DNA from: Octopus vulgaris
Lineage: Eukaryota
Reading direction: 5' to 3'
Assembly: GCA_951406725.2 (NCBI GenBank)
Contig: OX597815.1
Location: 131,564,001-131,628,000 of the forward strand
Length of the DNA stretch: 64,000 nucleotides
Shown: piece by piece, positions 53,803 to 64,000 of the stretch
Layout: each line of letters starts with the position of its first letter
How positions within the stretch are numbered: position 1 is the stretch's first letter
Notes under the pieces: model-generated
Databases searched by the model: none
The model's input: the letters and a program-made list of their open reading frames with translations, nothing else
What the model was told of the DNA's origin: nothing
Translations under genes and position numbers: made by a program

Positions 53803-53867
<65 letters not shown>

Positions 53868-55095
53868 TCTTTTATTTTTATTTTTATTTTATCTAGTTTC
53901 AGCTCACGAGCTGTGGCCCCATATATAATGTTAGGAAATATGATTCCAAGCTTACAGGGGAAAATCCAGTTTAGTGATACTAAATCAAATTTCACAATAT
54001 ATAATACATATAATACTATATTTTAATTGAATTGTTTTCACCGTTATCAATTTGAAAATATAGCCATGAAGCATGTGTAGTCTATTTACTAATTATATGC
54101 GATTTATTGAATATTTCGAACTTTAGTTGTAGGTAAATGTTTTATCGTTTCTTTAATTTTCTTCTATATTGTATGATGTATGGTATCATTGTTGAACTGC
54201 TACATAGTGGTTCTTCTCTAATTTATATACATGTATTATATATATATATATGCATATACACAAATACTTAACCGTACACACAACCACATACACCTACGCA
54301 TACACATATAGACACACACACACACACGCACACGCAAATGGACACACACATACCTCCCTTACACACACATCGCACACTCATACATACACGCATAAATTAT
54401 ACATACACACACACACGTAGATACGAGCACACACCACACACATACACAGGGTAAAGTACAATTACTCCACACACTCATCCCACGCATACACACATACACA
54501 CATGTACGTGCACATACATACATACACACATACACACTACATATACATACACGCACACACACATCAAACTACCAGTACCTTCTACTGACCATTTTCCTAC
54601 GCACATGTGTAGGTAGGCACACAACAGGCAGCCACTCCTACCAAAATTCTTAGTAGAAATTCTTCCTATGACCTTAAACGATACTAAACCCAACCACACA
54701 CATAAATAAACAGCCACAACCATACACATACACACACACACACACACACGGGCTATCATTACACACACACTTACAGACCTGCACGCACGCACATACCCAA
54801 ACATACACACACATACCACCTCTTCTTCCACTCTCCTGTTTTTGAAAGAAATTTTTCTTCACCCATTCCCTTCCGGTCCTTTCATTGTGTGACCGCGTGT
54901 GTATCGTTGGCGATTTTCTTTCTCCGTCTTCCCTTCTTTGGACGTTTTCTATATTTTTGACGAAGCGCACCGCTCGAACCATGAGGTCCTCTTTCTTTCC
55001 TTTCTGAGCGTCCAACAACACTACTTATTACGCGTCCTCGCGTTGTTGGTTTTTCTTGCTTGTTCATGTTTGGAATAACTATATATATATATATA

Positions 55096-55191
<96 letters not shown>

Positions 55192-55386
55192 TATATAATA
55201 GAAATATTAAAATTACTAAGTCTCTATAAGAATGCCATATTAATATGGCGATAACAATTAATATATATATATATATATATATTTACGGAGATCGTATGCT
55301 GGAACGAAAACAAATGTAGCGTGGAAGTTGTTTATAAGCCATTTAATAAACACACAAAAGCCATTAGATTCACTTCATCATTTATA

Positions 55387-55432
<46 letters not shown>

Positions 55433-55794
55433 TATATATATATGTGTACATATATGTATATATATATACACATATATGTATATCTATTTATATATGTGTG
55501 TGTAGAAGGTTTTGCATTATATATATATGTATATATATACATGTATATATATGGGAAACTGTCAAGATAGAAAATGATGCTAAAATAATTTTAAAAAACA
55601 TTTCAGTATTATGGCACTTTCCTTGTTTCTGCTAGATCCCCTCTCTCATGCTTACTCTTGTGGTTTCGAGGTCGTTGCGAATTCTTCGTAGGGAAGAAAA
55701 AGAAGAAGAAGAAGATGGGGAGGAGGAGGAGGAGAAGAAGAAGAAGAAGAAGAAGCAGAAGAAGGAGAAGAAGAAGAAGAAGAAGAAGAAGAAG

Positions 55795-55826
<32 letters not shown>

Positions 55827-55851
55827 GAAGAAGCAGAAGAAGAAGAAGAAT

Positions 55852-55975
55852 GGTTTAAAGATGGTATCATAAAACTTACTGAGGCGGTAGATTTCGCATG
55901 CGGGACCTGCTATTATAGGTCTCAATTTGAGGTCATTAGGTGTAGGGACTTTGATTCTTATGTCTGTGGCTATGT
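55852..55975 (-). pseudogene. Short PLE RT fragment
   Basis: PNDLKLRPIIAGPACEIYRLSKFYDTIFKP vs PKDLKLRPIIAGPACPTHRLSNFIDIVLKP in the intact ORF. Confidence 0.85.
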
Positions 55976-56004
55976 TGCAATAAAACAATAAACAAAAACA
56001 ATTT

Positions 56005-56158
56005 TCTTTCAGTTTCCGTCTACCAAATCCATTCACAAGACTTTGGTCGTCCCCCAGGCTACAGCAGAAGACACTTGCGCAAAGTGCCACGCAGTGGGAC
56101 TGAACCCGGAACCATGTGATTGGTAAGCAATCTACTTACCACGCAGCCAATCCTGCGC

Positions 56159-56160
<2 letters not shown>
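56005..56160 (-). mobile_element. SINE family A 5' half
   Basis: Reverse complement of the 36614 head. Confidence 0.85.
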
Positions 56161-56230
<70 letters not shown>

Positions 56231-56433
56231 CAATAAGAAAATGGGGGGGTCAATTGGTGTTTCATCAACTATTAGACATTATATTATGTCAACTTATATA
56301 TTTAGTTACTAAAATGACAATTACAAGAATATACTACCATGTATAAGATATTATGCTTTACATATAAAGATATATTAATATATAAAGATACTTGTAATTA
56401 TTAAAATATACCATACAGGAATATAAATTAGGA

Positions 56434-56546
56434 AAAATAACTTACAGCTGTTTCAGTCAAGAGGGAAAATACCTCATTCTGCCTATATTCCTCCAGTAGA
56501 CTGAAGTAATAATTAGATGAAATTGAGGCTTCGTCAGATATTTTTT
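56434..56546 (-). ncRNA. Type I hammerhead-like motif with extended stem II
   Basis: aaaatat-CTGACGA-agcc-[~70 nt]-gact-GAAAC-agct-GTA-agttatttt; palindromic stem III ACAGCTGT; stems I and II imperfect. Confidence 0.6.
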
Positions 56547-56839
56547 ATAAAGTGCATAAGGTTAAGTTATAAGTAAATATAAATATAAAATAAATAAATA
56601 ATACACACATAATTAAATACTCATACATATACATATACAAATGCATACATATATATAAATATACATAAATACTCGGTAGAGAGTACATGAGTAGCAGTGG
56701 TCTGAGAGCAATGAGCTCAAGAAAACAGAGACAATTCTAGCAATAGTAGAACACAAAAAAATAAAAGACAGATTGGTTTGTGTTTGTGAACTAATTTGTT
56801 GTCAATCAGACGAGTGTACTTTCTCTGGGTGTGCTCACA

Positions 56840-57300
56840 AATATATGCTATTGGTACCGCATCTGTCATGTTGTTACCAACAGTTCATTGCAGCTGCCTT
56901 CGTCTTAGAATTCTAAAGATTTTGCTGTCGTTGCAGCATAAAGTGATTTTTATGGCCTTGCTTTTTGCTTTTTGAGCCAAAAAATTAACTTAATTTAGCT
57001 ATTCATTGGCACAAGGAGCGTTTGAATTACTTATGTTGCTATGTTAAAGATATATGTTTGCCAGGATACATCGGCGATGACAGTGACGCCTAGCTTTTGA
57101 AACGAGCTTATGCGCTGTAATTTGTTTTTTGATATGTGAAGGGGTTGTGTTGAGGTAGACAAGTGACATGACACTATGTGGGGACACATAGACATTATTG
57201 ATGTTAGTGCAAAATTGATAAGAGATGATTTCGAGGAAGTGTCAATTAAAGAGGGAGCCCTACCGTACACAAGAGGTTCTCTCTGATACACACACCAGGG
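56840..57300. mobile_element. CR1-type fragments: plus-strand 3' tail (to ~56995) and minus-strand ORF2 piece
   Basis: atggccttgctttttgctttttgagccaa matches the 35946-35973 tail; minus strand KLGVTVIADVSWQTYI. Confidence 0.55.
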
Positions 57301-57941
57301 CGTAAACTATCCGTCTAATTGATGAGAGGCGGATGGATACGATTGACAGGTGGGTTTTGCAGCAAATTCAAATACTAGACACTTTAAGATGTTTTGCTGA
57401 CAATGAGAGCAACACAGCATTACCGAAATTCACGAAGATGTTAGCCTATTAATAAGTAACTCAGAAGAGTAGACTCCTGTTCCTCTGGCTTCATGAACGC
57501 TGTACTGATGATTAGTAAGAATGGAGACAGATTCAAAGCGTTAAATAAAATTGTGGTTGTCTAAATGAAGTTTAATTTATTTGACCTCAATACAACAAGA
57601 TAGAATGGGTTGCTCTTGTTAGTAATGCGCCATACTGCACATTATGTTTAGGATAGCAAGTTAGAGCACGTATATGCATCACAGTGAGAATATTTATATA
57701 AGAAAAATTATCAAAATATAGTTATGAACAATGTTTTGCAAAAGAGCTGCTACAAGATACTACAGACATCTCAGCTGCATTTTTCCTGTTCCGTTGCAGA
57801 TTAGTTCGCTATAACCGCTGGTCGTAATGTTTCATACGTTAGACGTCCATCGTTAAGTAACAAATAACTGTTTACGAATGAACGGATTCATTAGACACTT
57901 GTCTGTTTCTCTCTCTTTTTCTCTTTCCTATTCCTTCTATT

Positions 57942-57972
<31 letters not shown>

Positions 57973-59002
57973 CTCTCGAAATGTATTACTAAAAGCGCAG
58001 ACACACATATATACATACATGCGCGCATTAAATGTGTATGTATGTTTGTGTATGACGTATATATATATATATATATATACACTATCTACTTCCGCATACA
58101 TGTGCACATGCATAAAAACATAGAGACAGCTATATATATAAATAGCTACACATACACACACACACATATATATATACGCATATGGATATAGCTTTGTGCA
58201 TATATGAGTTTGTGAGCATATACACATGTAAGTATATACAAATGTACACATGCATACTCAAAGAGCATACTTACAATTGCATGTTATATTACGATTGAAC
58301 ACCTACAGGTTACGATAATTATCTCGAAATCTTCACTGCACTCTATTTATTCCTTTAAACGCCAATTTCTTATACTTCCTCTAACTTTGATCCACTCATT
58401 TTACTCTCAATATCCTGTTTCCTATTCGGAATATATCACTCATATTTTTCCTCCATTAAACTTCTGACATTACTTTGATACTGCTGATGCAAATTATCTC
58501 AATTGCATTGGCTATTTATAGAAATATTATGTTCTTAACAACTTTCTGAGAAAATCATAGTAGGGAGCGATAACATTACGTTTGCGTTTGATCTATCCAT
58601 TGAAGCCTCATTTTTTGCATGTAACGTACAGCTTATTCAAGGCAGGATTTATGTTGCGAAACGATGTTGCATCTTGTTCTGACTCACTTTTACTTTCATT
58701 TTTGCTTTGTTATGCTGCTCATAGAAATATAGAAAACCTAAGTGCATTATTTTTCGACAAGAGTTTCCACTTTATTCACCCATGGCTCCCCGTTTTCTTA
58801 TTGTAGGATAATTATAACACATCTAGATTGTTACTTGGTTGGCAAATTAAATTCCTAAGAAGGTTCTACCGTGTAGTAATTATATCACACTCCGTCTAAT
58901 TTTCCTGAGGCTATCCTTGGCCGCTTCTCTAGTTTCTTAGTTATTCTCTCTCCAGAATATCTCATTGTTGCTTTCACCCTCCACCCCTCTCTCACTATCT
59001 GT

Positions 59003-59062
<60 letters not shown>

Positions 59063-59100
59063 TACATATATACGATATAGAGAGAGAGAGAGAGAGAGAG

Positions 59101-59154
<54 letters not shown>

Positions 59155-59155
59155 G

Positions 59156-59233
<78 letters not shown>

Positions 59234-59261
59234 CATCTGCATATACATATATCTACACACA

Positions 59262-59466
59262 CAAAGGTGTGTTGATAAGTTCCTGACTGTAAGGATCTGG
59301 CGAAAGGCCTAGTTAGAGGGCCAAGCTTCCGAGTTCGTTTGCAAGGCTTAGAAAAACTGAAAGTCTCCCGAAATAAGCGCGTGAATCTAAAAGGTGAATA
59401 TGTTGGACGAAATCATAATTAACTCATCCTCCTGTATTTTCTTTTGCTCAGAAGCCAGGAACTTTA

Positions 59467-59468
<2 letters not shown>
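59262..59468. mobile_element. Probable mariner-type MITE
   Basis: Imperfect TIR gataagttcctgact / agccaggaactttat. Confidence 0.45.
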
Positions 59469-59549
<81 letters not shown>

Positions 59550-59553
<4 letters not shown>

Positions 59554-59910
59554 TCTATTCCTTTACTTCCTTCAGTCATTTGACTGCGGCTATCCTGGGG
59601 CACCACCTTGAAGAATTTTAGACGAATGTATCGAGCCCAGTACTTCTAGTTCTATTTCAACCTGCTACTTACTATATCTGTCTCTTTGCCAAACTGCTAA
59701 TTTAAAGGGATGTAAACACACCAACCCTGGTTATCAAGCAGTCGTGGGGAAGGAATACCGAAACACAGACACAATTTATACTTATTCATATATACATATA
59801 CTTGTCTTTATATGGACCCCAGGCTACAGTGACAGACACTTGCCCAAAGTGTAGCGCGGTGGGATTGAGCCCCGAACCATGTGGTTTGGAGGCAACTTTA
59901 TTTCCACAGA
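59550..59910 (-). mobile_element. Degenerate SINE family A-like copy
   Basis: ttcagtcatttgactgcggc tail and gacacttgcccaaagtg...cccgaaccatgtggtt head in reverse. Confidence 0.6.
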
Positions 59911-60027
59911 GTCACTCTTCTATGTATGTATGTATGTATGTATGTATGTATGTATGTATGTATGTATGTATGTATGTATGTATGTATGTATGGGTGTGTG
60001 TGTGTACATCCATACATCTATCCATAT

Positions 60028-60247
60028 AGAAGTGGCTGTGTGGCATATAGCTTGCTTACCAACCACATGTTTCCGGGTCACTGCGTGACACCTTGGGCAA
60101 GTGTCTTCTAATATAGCCTCGGGCCGACCAAAGCCTTGTGAGTGGATTTTGTAGACGGAAACTAAAAGAAGCCCGTCGTATGTATGTATATTTATATATA
60201 TATATATATATATATAGAACTGGAATCAATCAATCAATCAATCAATC

Positions 60248-60288
<41 letters not shown>

Positions 60289-60503
60289 TGTGTTTTGTGT
60301 GCCTGTATTTGTCCCTCCCCATCATCGCTTGACTTTCAATGTTTGTGTGTTTACGTTCCCGTAATTTAGCGGTTCGGCAAAGAGTGAACGATAGAATAAG
60401 TACTAGGCTTACAAAGAATAAGTCCTGGGGTCGATTTGCTTGACTAAATGTGGTGCTCCAGCATGACTGCAGTCAAATGTCAGAAACACGTAAAAGAATA
60501 AAG
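60028..60503 (+). mobile_element. SINE family A
   Basis: Colinear with 36614-37017, with an expanded central microsatellite. Confidence 0.85.
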
Positions 60504-60528
60504 GAATATATATGTGCGTGTGTGTGAG

Positions 60529-60590
<62 letters not shown>

Positions 60591-60915
60591 TGTGTGTGTC
60601 TGAGGGGATTAAAAAATCCTGAATTATGACAGATAAATCCAAATATACTTTGATAGAATTACGAGAAATTCAGAGCATCTGAGATGCTGAGTGACTGTAT
60701 GGAAAGAAGGTTGCTTCCAAACCACTAGGTTCGGTGTTCAGTGTCACCGCGCGGCACTTTGGGCAAGTGAGAACAAAAGATACATATGGGGGAAATTACA
60801 TCTTTATTACAGATATCAATTCATAAAGCCATTAATTGTTTCTATTGCAATGACGTATATACATACATACACACATATATACATACATACGTACATACAT
60901 GCATACATACATACG

Positions 60916-60946
<31 letters not shown>

Positions 60947-60985
60947 GTATAAATATATGTGTGTGAGTATATATATATATATATA

Positions 60986-62046
60986 GCAATAAAAATGGTA
61001 AATAATTTTTCTGTGGTTTTTCATGTAACCAACAATTATTTACCGGTAAATTTCGGTATGTAAATACGACAAATTTATCGTCAGGAACTTTGTAAGGTTC
61101 AGTATATAGTAAAGTAAATAAGAGGGCTAGCAGCAGGCTGTTTCGCCTCATACCCAAGGAATTAGAAATGGCAGTCAAAGACTGTTTTTTCCATTTTCTG
61201 TAAGTGGAGATTCCAAAAACGAAGGCCCGTGCGGCTCACATACACAAAACCGGAGTAGCAAATAGACGCAAACAGTCACTTACCGTTAATAACGAACATG
61301 TTTCTGGATCACAAACATAGAAAAGTAGTTTGAATTCCGTCATCGGCGCTATATTCGATAGCTTTACCAAATGCCACAGGCCCTCACTTCTGACCCAGCG
61401 ACATCAGATAGTGGGGGAAGTGCGCAGATGTTAAAACTAAGTAACGACTGGGAACGTAAATTTTCCCTCCAAAATTCTGCCATGCGCGCCTTCTGGGTAA
61501 TCGTAATGGAATGAGGAATCCACATGGTAATGCAATAAAAATGGTAAATAATTTTTCTGTGGTTTTTCATGTAACCAACAATTATTTACCGGTAAATTTC
61601 GGTATGTAAATACGACAAATTTATCGTCAGGAACTTTGTAAGGTTCAGTATATAGTAAAGTAAATAAGAGGGCTAGCAGCAGGCTGTTTCGCCTCATACC
61701 GAAGGAATTAGAAATGGCAGCCAAAGACTGTTTTTTCCATTTTCTGTAAGTGGAAATTCCAAAAACGAAGGCCTGTGGCATTTGGTAAAGCTATCGAATA
61801 TAGCGCCGATGACGGAAATCAAACTACTTTTCTATGTTTGTGATCCAGAAACATGTTCGTTATTAACAGTAAGTGACTGTTTGCGTCTATTTGCTACTGC
61901 CGTTTTGTGTATGTGAGCCGAACGGGCCTTCGTTTTTTGGAATCTCCACTTACAGAAAATGGAAAAAACAGTCTTTGACTGCCATTTCTAATTCCTTCTG
62001 TATGAGGCGAAACAGCCTGCTGCTAGCCCTCTTATTTACTTTACTA
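60986..62046 (-). mobile_element. Non-coding retrozyme-like / non-autonomous PLE: 242-bp direct repeats plus an inverted terminal copy
   Basis: 60986-61227 matches 61532-61773; 61770-62046 is the reverse complement of 61107-61382; (TA)n on both sides; hammerhead-like motifs inside. Confidence 0.85.
61289..61352 (-). ncRNA. Type I hammerhead-like motif with CCGAUGA core (second copy 61800-61863, + strand)
   Basis: atagcg-CCGATGA-cgga-[27 nt]-tcca-GAAAC-at-GTT-cgttat; 6-bp stem I, palindromic stem III. Confidence 0.6.
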
Positions 62047-62061
62047 CATATTATTTACTTT

Positions 62062-62108
<47 letters not shown>

Positions 62109-63193
62109 TGGTTCAGTAAAAATTTAGTTGAATATGTTACTTTAGTTAAAGGCACCATAATTTGGTATGGTATTACCCATATAATTCAAAATGGGGTGAT
62201 TATAATCAAAATAAGCAACAAGGATATCCAAAGGTAATGCAGTACGATCGTCTCATGCGACTCCATTTAATTAAACAATGCAAGTATTACATCTGTTTTA
62301 AAGTGTAGGGCAATCTTCAGTTGCATATAAATATAGAATTTAGTTAAATTGGAAAGATTCATTTTTATTCATATTCCATTTACCAACATCACAAAGAGGA
62401 TAAGTAGGTAGACAGAGAAACACGTTTCATCAACACAAACATGGTAGTAATTAATATTTTTTCATGGAGATACTGCTTATCATTGATTTTACTTTGCTAT
62501 TTAGACTTAATATTGGGGAAGGAGGTTTAATACTATTCCATCAGGTATAGTGGAGACAAAAACAAGAATCTTTCTTTTATAGATAGAGGAAGAGACAGTT
62601 TAAGTGGCAGAGCCATAAATCAAGTTCCCTTTGAAGAACTCAATTTGGTTAAGATGAATATATTTCAGCTAAAATTAGTAGGCCAAAACTGATGAGATAG
62701 GGAGAATAGAAACTTCTAATACTTAACTATTTAATAGCGATAATCCTAATTGTGATATGAAATAAATAGGTATATTTTAGATAGTTTTTTCAAAGAATTC
62801 GAATGATTTTAGTATCTTATAAAATATAGGGATGGAGAATATAAAAATGATTTCATATTTGTATATAAATATAAATCAAATTAATATAAATTTATAGTTA
62901 ATTAGTAAATAGTAATTTATTGGTATTGAGTTAAATTAAAGGAATAATTTCATATGTTATCAACATGCTAATGACTTTAGAACGTATTTACTTGTGTTAT
63001 AAAATAGATAGTGAATTATAACAGTATGGTTCTGTATAGGTTTGTAGAAGATATAAAAATCAACTATCAGGAACACGAGTGGCTTGTTGCCACAGAAGGT
63101 TGTAAAGTGTTGCCGAATCGAAGTACGATAACCTGAACTAAGGTTATTTTATAGTTCATGGTTAGCAGCTGGGCTTACAGTATATGCGAATGA

Positions 63194-63450
63194 ATATCCA
63201 AAAATTAGGGAATGGAGACGATATAATCCAGGCTGCATGTGTTTCATAGCCAGTAGAACCTCGGAAGTAGTAATTATAGAACTGGATATATCAGCGACAA
63301 TTTAAACTTCATATAATCAAGCTATCCTTAGACTGAAGTGTAGTTTGCAGTCTACATTTCGTTTGGATAATTAGTACTTCCGAGCTTCCGTTAATTATCA
63401 AACATATGTAGCCTGAATATTATCTACTCCATTCCCTAATTTTTGCATAT
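63194..63450. repeat. Nested foldback of a pLTR-like unit
   Basis: aaaattagggaatggag / ctccattccctaatttt, ctcggaagtagtaattat / ataattagtacttccgag, tagactg / cagtcta. Confidence 0.75.
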
Positions 63451-64000
63451 ATATATATATATATGTATATATAAATGCATGTGTGAGTATGTGTATGTGT
63501 TTGTGTGTGTGAGTGTGTATTGTCTTTTATGCATACTTTATTAAATGTATATGTTCAAGTTTTATCGTCTTTATATTATTCGTACTATCAGTTTCCTATA
63601 GTAGGTTTGGCACAGTAGAATTTCAAAATATGAAGTTGAATCGGTGAGAAAACAAATCAACCGACATCCAAACCTACGCGGATTTCCCCAGATCATGTAA
63701 TTTCTAAAAAGACAGAAAGAAACATACGGGACTTAAAAGACGAGTGCTAATTACATTGATCAACAATCTTCCAGGGATAAGGATAAATATTTAATTCATT
63801 TGTAAAGAACATCCTGCAATTTTGGGATCTAGATACGTTGAGCAAGAAAGTGTGAAAAATGGTGTTTACAGCAAACATAACTTTAGAGGTTAAAAAAAGA
63901 CCAATAAGTGTTTGGGACACCTTTAGAGATGTACACACTAGAGAAAGTTAATTTTGGAGTCATGGTAATGCAGTGATGTAACACAAGAATTGAAAGATGC

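Overview
AT-rich, microsatellite-dense animal genomic DNA with no confidently identifiable host gene. The SINE repertoire and repeat style resemble octopus/cephalopod DNA, which is inference from recalled SINE sequences, not a search result. The window is largely transposable-element debris: tRNA-derived SINEs, Tx1/L1-, CR1- and RTE-type LINE fragments, a Gypsy RT-RNaseH fragment, mariner and maT remnants, a piggyBac-type MITE and a non-autonomous Helitron. The dominant theme is Penelope-like elements (PLEs). One PLE (20127-23432) has an intact RT + GIY-YIG reading frame. Its sequence supports an ATG exon, an 89-nt GT-AG intron, a basic ORF1 and a -1 shift at a T TTT TTT run into the RT frame, and it is preceded by the 3' end of a different PLE. 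Around it lie about ten hammerhead-ribozyme-like motifs, several with a long stem II insert, and several long foldback elements. A non-coding retrozyme-like element at 61-62 kb carries terminal direct repeats, two hammerhead-like motifs, an intron-like segment and an inverted end. All alignments and translations were done by eye; boundaries of decayed repeats are approximate.
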